The translations under genes were made by a program, and so were the position numbers. From NCBI GenBank assembly GCA_023138735.1, contig JAGLOY010000001.1:3626-67625 (forward strand): 64,000 nt of DNA, read 5' to 3'. The notes under the pieces were generated by a model that made no database searches, had not been told where the DNA came from, and was given only the letters and a program-made list of their open reading frames with translations. The first letter of the stretch is position 1, and each line of letters opens with the position of its first letter. This stretch comes from Candidatus Aegiribacteria sp. GTDB lineage: Bacteria; Fermentibacterota; Fermentibacteria; Fermentibacterales; JCC-6. Below are positions 19,100 through 27,905 of the stretch, one piece after another.

Positions 19100-20443
19100 T
19101 CACTCCTTCCTTGCCCTGTCTCTTACCCTCTTCCATTCGACAAGTTTTTTCTTTATTGCAGATTCCCTTCCGGAGCCTGCAGGAACGTAGTATTCCTCCT
19201 CCTCTATTCCATCAGGAAAGTTCCTGTGGGTCACGATTCCTCCCGGCTGTGAATGAGCATACTGATAATCCTTTCCATAATCCAGCCTTTTCATGAGTTG
19301 AGTCGGCGCATTCCGCAGGTGCAGGGGAACCGGAAGGCTGCCCCCCCGCTCAGCCGACGATACGGCTTTCTTCCAGGCGGAGTAGACGGAGTTGGATTTG
19401 GGCGCAAGAGCCAGGTAACATGCAGCTTCAGCCAGGGCCAGATCACCCTCGGGAGAGCCGAGGAACCTCCAGGAATCGGTGGCCCTCATGGCAACAGTAA
19501 GCGCGGAAGGGTCTGCAAGACCAATATCTTCAGTTGCAAAGCGAATCATCCTCCGAGCTATGTAAAGGGGGTTCTCACCAGAAGTCATCATCCTTGCAAG
19601 CCAGTACAGCGAGGCGTCCACGTCTCCCGAGCGCAGAGATTTGTGAAGAGCACTTATTAGATTGTAGTGTTCCTCTCCGGATTTATCGTAGCGAAGAGGT
19701 GAGGATATAATAGCCTTCTCGGTCAGTTCTACCGTAACAGCCTCTCCGGAAGCCATCCCGGCGAGGAGTTCAAGAAGATTCAGAGCCCGCCTGCCGTCTC
19801 CATCGGCAGCCAGGGCTATCATTTCCAGCACCCCCTCCTGAATGCCCCCCGGATTCATTTCGCTGAATACTGCATTCGATGATACACGATCGAGTATGGA
19901 GATAATGTCCGATTCCTCAAGCCTTTTGAGAAGGTATACAGTACACCTGCTGAGAAGCGGGGCGATTATCTCGAAGGAAGGATTTTCCGTTGTGGCTCCG
20001 GCAAGGGTTATTGTTCCGTCTTCCACGTGGGGCAGGAAAGCATCCTGCTGAGCTTTGTTGAACCTGTGAATTTCATCTACGAAAAGAAGAGTCTTTGTTC
20101 CGTTCCGCCGAAGCCGGGAAGCGTCAGCAACTATTGCTCTTACCTGCTTAACCCCTCCCGTGACAGCACTGAACCGGATGAAATTCTGTTCGGTATACTC
20201 CGAGACAAGCAGTATAAGGGTTGTTTTGCCTGAACCCGGCGGCCCCCAGAGTATGAACGATCCCAGAACGCCCTCGGTAATGGCCATCCTGAAAGCCGCA
20301 TCTTCGGACAATAGATGATCCTGTCCAGCCACCTCCTCCAGTTTTCGGGGACGGAGGAGATCGGCAAGCGGCGGTTTCGGTTCTTTTATCTCAATATTTT
20401 CTAGCAGATCCATTTGATGCTGAAAATAAACCAAATGGAGCAT
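19100..20443 (-). CDS. rarA: Replication-associated recombination protein A (AAA+ ATPase MgsA/RarA)
   Basis: [16 protein letters not shown], Walker [10 protein letters not shown], Walker [12 protein letters not shown], and a MgsA C-terminal domain. The start may instead be ATG 20413 (MDLLENIE..). Confidence 0.92.
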   Translation of the reverse strand: MLHLVYFQHQMDLLENIEIKEPKPPLADLLRPRKLEEVAGQDHLLSEDAAFRMAITEGVLGSFILWGPPGSGKTTLILLVSEYTEQNFIRFSAVTGGVKQVRAIVADASRLRRNGTKTLLFVDEIHRFNKAQQDAFLPHVEDGTITLAGATTENPSFEIIAPLLSRCTVYLLKRLEESDIISILDRVSSNAVFSEMNPGGIQEGVLEMIALAADGDGRRALNLLELLAGMASGEAVTVELTEKAIISSPLRYDKSGEEHYNLISALHKSLRSGDVDASLYWLARMMTSGENPLYIARRMIRFATEDIGLADPSALTVAMRATDSWRFLGSPEGDLALAEAACYLALAPKSNSVYSAWKKAVSSAERGGSLPVPLHLRNAPTQLMKRLDYGKDYQYAHSQPGGIVTHRNFPDGIEEEEYYVPAGSGRESAIKKKLVEWKRVRDRARKE

Positions 20444-20451
20444 GAAAGAAA

Positions 20452-20490
20452 GGGAAAGAAAAGAAAATGCCCGGCGTTTCGGCCGGGCAT
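20452..20490 (-). terminator. Rho-independent terminator downstream of the acidic lipoprotein gene
   Basis: ATGCCCGGC (20467-20475) pairs with GCCGGGCAT (20482-20490). On the minus strand it is followed by TTTTCTTTTCTTTCC. Confidence 0.7.
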
Positions 20491-20512
20491 CTTCTTAGAA
20501 TGTTCTATTGCG

Positions 20513-21571
20513 CTAGTTAACGCCTCTGCCCTGGTCAGCACCCATGGCACCCATCTGGGACATCATACCCTCAAGGAACATCATAGCCTGAAGGGTCTGT
20601 GCGGGTTCGCCTGGAAGAAGGTTCTGGGCTCCGCTGAAACCGTATCCTCTTACCTCTATGAAATGGGTTTCACCGTCACCGGTTGCTGAAGCGTAGGCAA
20701 GCGGTACAAGTGGAAGCTCGGAACAAATAACAGCTTCAATTTCACCCTCGGGATGTGTTACTGAGAATTCGATTCCCTGAATCCTGTTACCGGCCACGTC
20801 GACACTGGTCTCGGTGATGCCGAACTGCAGGTTGTCAAGCTCGGCCAGGATATCATCGAGGCCTTCCTGTCCGCCATCGGCGTTGAAGCCCTGCTCGAAG
20901 CCCTGCTCGAACTGCTCCTGGAATGCAGGATCTTCCATGACTTCCTCGAGGAATTCAGGCACACCGATAAGGTCGATAGCCATGATCATGCCCTGCTGCT
21001 CGAATTTAACTATTCTGATGGCGCTGATAAACTCAAGAGCCATATCCATGTTTTCTTCGTTACCGAACATATCAGCCATGCTGCTGGCATCGGACATGTT
21101 TTCACGGATGTATGCTGCAGGGTCCGCTGCGAATTCTCCGAGCTGTTCTTCGTATTCCCCCATGGCACTTTCCATACCTTCAGCATCGATAAGCATCTGG
21201 GCTACGAAATCCGAAACGCTGATCTGAACCCAGTAACACTCGGTTCCCTGATTCACCTCGGCGCCAACTACGGATATGGTAAGTGTTTCGGACATATCAT
21301 CTGCACCGTATTCGATCCACTGGCCTACGGCCATTTCCGGGGAATCCAGATCGAATCCGCCAAGCGAGGCTACGGTCTGGTCGCCCGTGTCATCTTCACC
21401 GATATCGTCGCCGGCATCGTCTCCAGCCTCACCTGAATCGTCACCGTTACCATCCTGAGTGACCTCTCCATTATCACCGTCAACACCGTTACCTGCTTCG
21501 TCAGCCTGTTCGCCGCATCCGAAGAAGGCAAGGCCGATGATCATTGCCAGTACTAAAAACAACCTTGACAT
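20513..21571 (-). CDS. Acidic (D/E/G-rich) lipoprotein of unknown function
   Basis: ATG 21571 behind AAAGGAAGGA. Lipobox MSRLFLVLAMIIGLAFFGC. Low-complexity tract GNGVDGDNGEVTQDGNGDDSGEAGDDAGDDIGEDD. No family recognised. Confidence 0.6.
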   Translation of the reverse strand: MSRLFLVLAMIIGLAFFGCGEQADEAGNGVDGDNGEVTQDGNGDDSGEAGDDAGDDIGEDDTGDQTVASLGGFDLDSPEMAVGQWIEYGADDMSETLTISVVGAEVNQGTECYWVQISVSDFVAQMLIDAEGMESAMGEYEEQLGEFAADPAAYIRENMSDASSMADMFGNEENMDMALEFISAIRIVKFEQQGMIMAIDLIGVPEFLEEVMEDPAFQEQFEQGFEQGFNADGGQEGLDDILAELDNLQFGITETSVDVAGNRIQGIEFSVTHPEGEIEAVICSELPLVPLAYASATGDGETHFIEVRGYGFSGAQNLLPGEPAQTLQAMMFLEGMMSQMGAMGADQGRGVN

Positions 21572-21658
21572 ATTTTTCCTTCCTTTGAGAATTATAACCA
21601 TGTGAATCTGCTGAAGTTGAGTGGAATTATGCGAAATTCAAAGCAGTTAGTCAAATAA

Positions 21659-22198
21659 CTACTCCGAATCTACCTCTATAAGCTTTACATACGGGATTCC
21701 GTTCTCTTTGAGCCTGCTCTCTCCTCCGAGGAATGTAAGATCCACGACGAATGCTGCCCCCGCCACCGTACAGGCATCCTGGCGAAGCAGGGACACTGCA
21801 GCCATGGCGGATCCTCCAGTGGCAATAAGGTCGTCAACGATCAGTACTCTGCTTCCGGCGGGAAGCGAATTCTTATGCATTTCAACAGTGTTAGTACCGT
21901 ACTCCAGGGAATAATCTTCGCTGATGGTGTGGCCCGGCAGCTTACCTGGCTTTCGAATAAGTACAAGCGGCAGTCCCTTTATTGCCGCCATGACCGAACC
22001 GAATATGAACCCTCTTGACTCAATAGCCGCAATAGCATCAAATTCGAATTCTTCACATGCTTTTTCAAGGTGTTTCACGGTATCATGCAAGGCTCCGGGA
22101 TGAGTGAGGAGTGTGGTAATATCTTTGAAAACAACACCCTCAATCGGAAAATCGGGAATGTTCCTGATATGATTATTCAGTTCCTCAACGGTAAGCAT
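21659..22198 (-). CDS. apt: Adenine phosphoribosyltransferase
   Basis: IRNIPDFPIEGVVFKDITTLL and the PRPP motif VLIVDDLIATGGS. Confidence 0.93.
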   Translation of the reverse strand: MLTVEELNNHIRNIPDFPIEGVVFKDITTLLTHPGALHDTVKHLEKACEEFEFDAIAAIESRGFIFGSVMAAIKGLPLVLIRKPGKLPGHTISEDYSLEYGTNTVEMHKNSLPAGSRVLIVDDLIATGGSAMAAVSLLRQDACTVAGAAFVVDLTFLGGESRLKENGIPYVKLIEVDSE

Positions 22199-22611
22199 AA
22201 ATCCCCTCTCGAGTTCTTAATAATGAAGTCCAGCGCTTCCTCAGGTGAACTGACAGGCACTACTCCATCGATTCCGGACCATTTTCCGATTGCGCAAACA
22301 GGCTTCCCGGCCTGCAGCGCGTAGGCTATCTCAGAGAGGGTTCCGTACTTCCCTCCTACCGCCACCACAACTTTTCCGGACAGGATGATTATCCGATTTC
22401 TAGAAGTTCCCAGTCCGGTTGGTATCACAGTATCTACCCATCGGTTAGCTTCAAGCGGGTCGGTTCCACGGAGTATCCCTATACTCCTGCCCCCTTTTTC
22501 GGATGTTCCCCGGCATACCGCTTCCATAACACCGGTTCCCCCCCCGCATATTACGGTAAAACCATGATCAGCAAGCAGCCCCCCGAGTTCTGCCGCCCAA
22601 GCAATTTCCAC
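22177..22611 (-). CDS. TIGR00725/LOG-family (SLOG) protein; conserved N-terminus extends upstream of the first canonical start
   Basis: VICGGGTGVMEAVCRGTSEKGGRSIGIL and GGKYGTLSEI motifs. The track ORF starts at GTG 22611, but ..KLISVIGGASADP is in-frame upstream (see findings). Confidence 0.75.
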   Translation of the reverse strand: MEIAWAAELGGLLADHGFTVICGGGTGVMEAVCRGTSEKGGRSIGILRGTDPLEANRWVDTVIPTGLGTSRNRIIILSGKVVVAVGGKYGTLSEIAYALQAGKPVCAIGKWSGIDGVVPVSSPEEALDFIIKNSRGDLCLPLRN

Positions 22612-22694
22612 CGGATCAGCGGATGCTCCTCCAATTACGGAAATGAGTTTTGTATTGATGTGATCCTTCGTTCTGGTGTGATCATTATAAGATA

Positions 22695-22772
<78 letters not shown>

Positions 22773-22832
22773 ACTACTGTTTTCGGTCATGCGAATTTAC
22801 TATTTATGCCGTTCTTTTGCAACATTTGAGCT

Positions 22833-23348
22833 TCAGTGAGACCCCACAAGAAAATCAATACCAGCCAGCGCGCCGGACATGATCAGTGTTACGAGTCCAC
22901 CCGCTATTGCTACTCCAAAGGCTATCGCTGGAAATGCCAGCTTCTTCGGAATTCCGAACAGAAAAGCGGCTGCCGATCCGGTCCAGGCACCTGTTACAGG
23001 CAGTGGTATGGCTACAAAAAGGGTCAGGCCCAGGGCTTCGTATTTTTCGATCTTCTTCCCGACACGCTTTCGTGTTTTTTCAAAGAGTTTGTCAAAAAAT
23101 CTGTCGAAAATTTTCCATCTCCTGAGAAATCTGCTGACAGGCTCCAAGAACCAGAGCAGGAACGGTACAGGCAGGAGGTTACCGGCAACAGCCAGAAGGT
23201 AGATCTTCCACCAGGGCCATGCCCAATCGGCGTTCATCCATGCCAGAGGGATACTTCCGCGAAGCTCGGTAAGGGGAAATCCTGAAAGAACCATCATCTG
23301 TATTTCACCAGGAATTCCTGAAAGCCAATCAAGCAGAGTTTCGCCCAT
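22833..23348 (-). CDS. Small membrane protein, COG2426 / putative small multidrug export family
   Basis: 171 aa, 4-5 TM. ELRGSIPLA..GNLLPVPFLLWF..LPVTGAWTGSAAAFLFG resembles PF06695-type proteins. Confidence 0.55.
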   Translation of the reverse strand: MGETLLDWLSGIPGEIQMMVLSGFPLTELRGSIPLAWMNADWAWPWWKIYLLAVAGNLLPVPFLLWFLEPVSRFLRRWKIFDRFFDKLFEKTRKRVGKKIEKYEALGLTLFVAIPLPVTGAWTGSAAAFLFGIPKKLAFPAIAFGVAIAGGLVTLIMSGALAGIDFLVGSH

Positions 23349-23390
23349 ACAGTCCTTTCATGTGCTCGGTATTAAAGTGAAATTAAGAAA

Positions 23391-23467
23391 TGGTCGGGGC
23401 GACTGGATTCGAACCAGCGACCACTTGAACCCCATTCAAGTGCGCTACCGGACTGCGCCACGCCCCG
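23391..23467 (-). tRNA. tRNA-Pro (anticodon GGG), CCA encoded
   Basis: Hand-folded cloverleaf: CGGGGCG-TG-GCGC-AGTCCGGTA-GCGC-A-CTTGA-ATGGGGT-TCAAG-TGGTC-GCTGG-TTCGAAT-CCAGT-CGCCCCG-A-CCA. Confidence 0.9.
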
Positions 23468-23484
23468 ACCGAAGATGAGCAAAA

Positions 23485-23874
23485 TTACGTTTTATTGTCC
23501 TGTTTGTCAACTGCCATCGGATCCCTCTCAAGCAATGCGATTATCTCCGTTAATTCCTTTCTGATTGAATCAATCATCTCGGCGGATACCGTTGCAGCCT
23601 TAAGCTCCAGTATCATCTGCTGGTCCTGACTGCTCATCTCTTCTATTTTCTGTCTGGCACCGTCAATAGTGTAGCGTTCCTCGTAGAGCAGCGTGCTTAT
23701 CAGCTTGATCAGCTCGATATCTTCCTGTTTGTATATCCTGTTGCCGGACTGATTTTTTGAAGGCTTGAGTATTGGAAATGCAGTCTCCCAGTATCTCAAT
23801 ACATGGGGTTTAAGACCGGTAAGACTGCAGACTTCACTTATGGAATAATAGAGCTTCTCAGTGCCTGAATCCAA
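23485..23874 (-). CDS. MerR-family transcriptional regulator
   Basis: [51 protein letters not shown] followed by a coiled-coil tail. Confidence 0.85.
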   Translation of the reverse strand: MDSGTEKLYYSISEVCSLTGLKPHVLRYWETAFPILKPSKNQSGNRIYKQEDIELIKLISTLLYEERYTIDGARQKIEEMSSQDQQMILELKAATVSAEMIDSIRKELTEIIALLERDPMAVDKQDNKT

Positions 23875-23879
23875 TTCAG

Positions 23880-24623
23880 TTACTCCTTACGTCCGAAAGC
23901 TTTCGCTACTTTTCTGAACATCCTCTGGATGGGTGGTTTCTCAGCATCTCTAAGCTCCTCGATGTCCTTCAGCAGATTGAGGGCACCCACATGTTCAGCA
24001 TTCCATCCAAGTGCCTCGTGGAGTGCCTTCTCCGCCAGAACAAGTTGTCCCGCCAGAATATAGATATTTCCCAGTTTTACGAAATTCTCCGGATCATGAT
24101 AAGCGACCGTACAGGCAACTTTCATGTGATTCGCGGCATCATGGTACCTTTTCATTCCCAGGGCGGCGGAAGCGAGCGTCGTTCTAAGATGTGGGTTTTC
24201 CGGATGGGTCTTGAGGAACATCTCGAGTGAACGGCTGGCTTCCCAGAAATTATCTCTGCTGCACTGTCTTTCAGCTTCCTTTATTGTGCGCCTGAGTTTA
24301 GCATCCAGACGGCGCATGTCCGCGCCAGGGGTTTCGTCCTTACCGTAAACGGACTCTGGTTTCTTCTCTTCACCATCAGAAAGCTTGTCGATACCTATAG
24401 AGACATCGTATTCCATCCGCGTATGGGGCTTTGAGAGTACCTGATAAGCCTCATTGATAGCCATATACCTTTCTGTGAGCTCAGCATCTCCTCCTGTAAC
24501 ATCAGGATGCAGTTTTCTCGCGAGGTCATGATAGGCATTCTCTATCTCTTCCTGTGTCACCTTGTATTTAACGCCGAGGATTTCGTAGAAATCCTGCTTT
24601 GAACTCTCCTTGCTATCCGGCAT
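23880..24623 (-). CDS. J-domain (DnaJ-like) protein with TPR-like C-terminal region
   Basis: DFYEILGVKYKVTQEEIENAYHDLARKLHPDV contains the HPD motif. The C-terminal half has TPR-like helices (YHDAANHMKVA.., GNIYILAGQLVLAEKALHEAL). Confidence 0.8.
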   Translation of the reverse strand: MPDSKESSKQDFYEILGVKYKVTQEEIENAYHDLARKLHPDVTGGDAELTERYMAINEAYQVLSKPHTRMEYDVSIGIDKLSDGEEKKPESVYGKDETPGADMRRLDAKLRRTIKEAERQCSRDNFWEASRSLEMFLKTHPENPHLRTTLASAALGMKRYHDAANHMKVACTVAYHDPENFVKLGNIYILAGQLVLAEKALHEALGWNAEHVGALNLLKDIEELRDAEKPPIQRMFRKVAKAFGRKE

Positions 24624-24629
24624 CCAGGA

Positions 24630-26093
24630 TTACCTCATAACGGTGAATCTTCTGCTGTCGCAGTTTCCTGCCGCGTCAGAGATTCTGGCGGTATATACTC
24701 CAGCCGGCATTTCATCGGGAATAGCCCATATAAGACTGCTGGTTCCACCGGTAACACTGCCGGTTTCAAATGAATCAACTATCCTGCCGACCGTATCATA
24801 GATCGTTACGTCAGCATTCGACGACCCGGAAGAAGTAATCGTAAAGGATGCGCTTGATATAACCGGGTTCGGGCAGATGGAATTAAGTACAAGAATGGGT
24901 TCAATTCCCACTTCACTCTCTCCGCTGATTCCGACAAATCCCGGTGCTGTCATGCAAATGAAAATATTCATAGGTCTGCAATCCGCACAGTTGTCTACGA
25001 TTACTGAACTATCATTCTGTCCACCCCAGAAGCTGGTTCCGACTTCAGGTGTAAAAACCATTATAGCCTGTTCCCCGTTTCCTCCGTACATCCAGTCGTT
25101 CTGATCTCCGTTTACTGGATACAGACATTCCGGACATGTACCTGAAGTGTAACCGTTATCGGCAGTCATTACTGCAGACCATCCTACGAATGTACTTTGA
25201 TCAGGTGTGTAAGTGTTATAATCATAGCCATATGGATATATAAGCCACTTCCCGGAGGAATGATAGTTCATTGCGGCTATAGGTTCAATATCGAGAATGA
25301 AATCCCTCTGGACCTGGGTTTCAGGTTCTGAAAAAGCTGAGGTTCCACGGTAAGTTGGATCGTTGGGATTGGGACTTGAACCTGTGTCATCGTAACCCCA
25401 CATATATCCCCAGTTCCGGTTCAGATCAACGCCGTCGCCAAGGGTGTAATTCATGTTCTTTCTGTGCATCCCGCCGTTAGGCATGTTGTACGCGTAACCA
25501 TCAGGATTTCCAATAGGAACAAAATAGACGGTTGTATTGTCAAGAATATATGCTGCTCTTGTATCACCGCCGTCGTAGTTGCTTGTAAGCCACATGGCGA
25601 AGTCAATGAGTACCGAGTTACCGCCCGGTTCCCTTGCATGGACAAGTGAAGAGAAGTAAATGGGTGGTTTGTAGCCCATTGTCGGGCTGGTCATTCTGAT
25701 CATATAGATGTCTCTGCCTTCATAGGATTGCCCTATTGTGACCGGTGTATCAGACAGATCACTGTAGTTATCGGCAAGCGAGCACCAGAATTCCCAGTTT
25801 TCTTCGGGATCGTAATAGTAACCGGCTCCCTTTGAATTCTCAGGAAGAAGCTCTCCCCATTCTCTTGGAAGGATTTCATAATCATATGAAAGCAGGGCAG
25901 CCTGATCGATTTGTCGTTCCGGCAGCATGATATCAACATATCCTCTTCTCATATCGACATTTGCTACATCGTATCCATCTTCTATCATATCCGTTACAGA
26001 TCCCGGTGATACATCGTACAGTCTTACAAGTCTATCCGCCGAAACGACAGACGAGAATGCAAGAATTGCAAGAGCTAAAAACAGATACTTCAT
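24630..26093 (-). CDS. Secreted M14 zinc carboxypeptidase with T9SS-type C-terminal sorting domain
   Basis: Zn motif SLVHAREPGG (HxxE), NPDGY, and signal peptide MKYLFLALAILAFSS. C-terminal tail CPNPVISSASFTI..VTIYDTVGRIV..GVYTARI..RRFTVMR. Confidence 0.85.
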   Translation of the reverse strand: MKYLFLALAILAFSSVVSADRLVRLYDVSPGSVTDMIEDGYDVANVDMRRGYVDIMLPERQIDQAALLSYDYEILPREWGELLPENSKGAGYYYDPEENWEFWCSLADNYSDLSDTPVTIGQSYEGRDIYMIRMTSPTMGYKPPIYFSSLVHAREPGGNSVLIDFAMWLTSNYDGGDTRAAYILDNTTVYFVPIGNPDGYAYNMPNGGMHRKNMNYTLGDGVDLNRNWGYMWGYDDTGSSPNPNDPTYRGTSAFSEPETQVQRDFILDIEPIAAMNYHSSGKWLIYPYGYDYNTYTPDQSTFVGWSAVMTADNGYTSGTCPECLYPVNGDQNDWMYGGNGEQAIMVFTPEVGTSFWGGQNDSSVIVDNCADCRPMNIFICMTAPGFVGISGESEVGIEPILVLNSICPNPVISSASFTITSSGSSNADVTIYDTVGRIVDSFETGSVTGGTSSLIWAIPDEMPAGVYTARISDAAGNCDSRRFTVMR

Positions 26094-26113
26094 GGTATTC
26101 TCCTATGTAAAGA

Positions 26114-26142
26114 TTGACTTCTACTGCGCAAGGGTTTAGAAT
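26114..26142 (+). promoter_or_regulatory. Sigma70-like promoter for rpsT
   Basis: TTGACT (26114-26119), 17-nt spacer, TAGAAT (26137-26142), about 65 nt upstream of the rpsT start. Confidence 0.5.
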
Positions 26143-26208
26143 TCCTCCCTGCTGACAGCAGTATGAACAGAATTCGAGTATTACCAAATTTGTGAAAGGA
26201 GTCTCCTT

Positions 26209-26442
26209 TTGGCAAGGTGCAAGCAATCGCTGAAACGTCACAGGACCGATATAGTAAAGGCACAGAGGAACCGCAGCAAAATGCGGGAGCTCAGAAGCGC
26301 TATCAAAAGTGTTAAGGAATCAGAAACCCCTGAAGACAGAGAGAAAGCCCTTCGTAAAGCCCAGAGTCTTATTGATAAAGCATCCAGAAATCATCTTCTT
26401 CACAAGAACAAAGCTAATCGTCTCAAGCATTCTTTGATGTAG
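26209..26442 (+). CDS. rpsT: 30S ribosomal protein S20
   Basis: TTG start 8 nt after AAAGGAG. KQSLKRHRTDIVKAQRNRSKMRELRSAIK... is typical S20. Confidence 0.92.
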   Translation: MARCKQSLKRHRTDIVKAQRNRSKMRELRSAIKSVKESETPEDREKALRKAQSLIDKASRNHLLHKNKANRLKHSLM

Positions 26443-26445
26443 TTT

Positions 26446-26480
26446 AACGGACCCTCCTTAGTCAGGATGGTCCGTTTTCT
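26446..26480 (+). terminator. Rho-independent terminator of rpsT
   Basis: AACGGACC (26446-26453) pairs with GGTCCGTT (26469-26476), followed by TTTTCT. Confidence 0.7.
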
Positions 26481-26523
26481 GCACTTTATTCTACCCTTCC
26501 AGAAATTGTTATAATCGTAAACA

Positions 26524-26561
26524 TTGACACGATTTAATCTATTTGTTAGATTTGTCTAACA
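26524..26561 (+). promoter_or_regulatory. Promoter (TTGACA-17-TAGATT) overlapped by palindrome TGTTAGA-tttg-TCTAACA; candidate DtxR-family operator
   Basis: -35 at 26524-26529 and -10 at 26547-26552. Perfect 7-bp arms at 26544-26550 and 26555-26561. It lies immediately upstream of the DtxR-like gene and the feo genes. Confidence 0.55.
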
Positions 26562-26578
26562 GAAATAGAGGTGTCTAT

Positions 26579-27295
26579 ATGTCTACTGTCAGGAGCGACA
26601 TTACAGGCTCACTTGAGGATTACCTCGAGACCATTTACAGGATACTCGGCAGAAGTTCCGTGGCGAGGGTCAGAGACATTGCGGAGGAGATGCAAGTTAA
26701 TCCGGCTTCCGTTACACCCGCGATGAAACGTCTTTCCGCGAAACAACTGATCAAGTACTCAAAGAGAAATTACATAGAACTTACTGAAAAAGGTCTTTTC
26801 ATCGCGCGTAGGACCATGACCCGTCACAATCTCCTCTCCCGCTTCTTAACGGAAGTCCTTGGGATCAGCCGGGAGCAGGCCGAATGCGATGCCTGCGCAA
26901 TGGAACACTTCCTTTCCGAGAGTTCAATGGAAAGACTGGCTGCATTTTTCGAATTCCTTGCGGCCAGTCCCGAACTTCAGGCTCTTATAGATACAGGATT
27001 CGGTAACTGTCCTGAGGGTAAAGAAGAGCTTGAACTTCTACCCCTCACAGATCTCGAACCGGGATCTTCAAGAAGAATCGCCAGGATTAACGCCGGACAG
27101 AAAATAAGAGGACAGCTCATTGATTCGGGCTTCATCCAGGGAGCAATAATTACTCTGACCCGCCCGGGGGGCACCGATCTGCCGTTCATTGTTGATCTTG
27201 ACGGGTACGATCAGGAACTCCCCGGTGAAATAGCTGAATGTGTCCTTCTTCATCCGGTCCAGGAACAAACGGGAGAAGATGATTATGAGAAATAG
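26579..27295 (+). CDS. DtxR/MntR-family metal-dependent transcriptional regulator with C-terminal FeoA/SH3-like domain
   Basis: LEDYLETIYRILGRSSVARVRDIAEEMQVNPASVTPAMKRL..TRHNLLSRFLTEVLGIS..CDACAMEH, with a C-terminal LEPGSSRRIARINAG..LIDSGFIQGAIITL. I use ATG 26579 behind AGAGG; the track start TTG 26543 lies inside the operator. Confidence 0.85.
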   Translation: MSTVRSDITGSLEDYLETIYRILGRSSVARVRDIAEEMQVNPASVTPAMKRLSAKQLIKYSKRNYIELTEKGLFIARRTMTRHNLLSRFLTEVLGISREQAECDACAMEHFLSESSMERLAAFFEFLAASPELQALIDTGFGNCPEGKEELELLPLTDLEPGSSRRIARINAGQKIRGQLIDSGFIQGAIITLTRPGGTDLPFIVDLDGYDQELPGEIAECVLLHPVQEQTGEDDYEK

Positions 27296-27905
27296 AAGGG
27301 GAAGGAGACGTAACAGAGAAGGAGGATTGGAAAGAGCAAGCGCAGTCAGACCCGGTTACCCTCTGACTATGGCATTATCCGATGAATACGTCAGGGTTGT
27401 GACAATAACCACAGACCACGCGGCGGAAAGCAGGCTTGTCAGCATGGGTATCAACCCCGGTGCCCTGCTTCATATTATCGCTGCTTCAGGAAGTGGTCCG
27501 ATCGTTGTGGCAAGAGACGAAACAAGGTTTGGAATTGACAGAAAAACAGCATGGCATGTGAGGGTAGTGCCTGCCTCCTCTGACATTCTTCACGCTTCGT
27601 ATCCGCTTTCCTGCGATGATAACTGCAAGGGGTGTTCGTACAGAGTTGAGATGATGAAAGCCGAATATGGGGAATGTATTACACTCAAGATACTGAAGGA
27701 AGGAGAAACCGGCACGGTTGCTTCAATAAGAGGCAGGGGCGTAACGGTCACCAGGCTCAGAAACGTGGGAGTCATCGAGGGAGCAGCAGTCAAAATGGTC
27801 CGCAGCATGCAGCATCCCGATTCCGTGACTGTAGAGGTAAATGGGAAACAGATGGAGATAGCAGGATGGGACGCGATGCATATTATTCTCGAGGTAAACC
27901 GATGA
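27279..27905 (+). CDS. feoA: Tandem FeoA-FeoA protein with Arg-rich N-terminus and Cys-rich interdomain linker
   Basis: Two FeoA/SH3-like modules: LSDEYVRVVTI..RLVSMGINPGALLHII..IVVARDETRFGIDRKTAWHVRV, and LKEGETGTVASIRG..RLRNVGVIEGAAVKMV..VTVEVNGKQMEIAGWDAMHIIL. ATGA overlap with feoB. Confidence 0.8.
   Translation: MIMRNRRGRRRNREGGLERASAVRPGYPLTMALSDEYVRVVTITTDHAAESRLVSMGINPGALLHIIAASGSGPIVVARDETRFGIDRKTAWHVRVVPASSDILHASYPLSCDDNCKGCSYRVEMMKAEYGECITLKILKEGETGTVASIRGRGVTVTRLRNVGVIEGAAVKMVRSMQHPDSVTVEVNGKQMEIAGWDAMHIILEVNR

Noticed and set aside
27674-27901. 228-nt upstream extension of the FeoB ORF in the supplied track (MYYTQDTEGRRNRHG...).
   Set aside because: This stretch is the +1 frame of the second FeoA domain. 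FeoB homology begins at MNHAMPVIALAGNPNSGKT (ATG 27902), which forms an ATGA overlap with the feoA stop.
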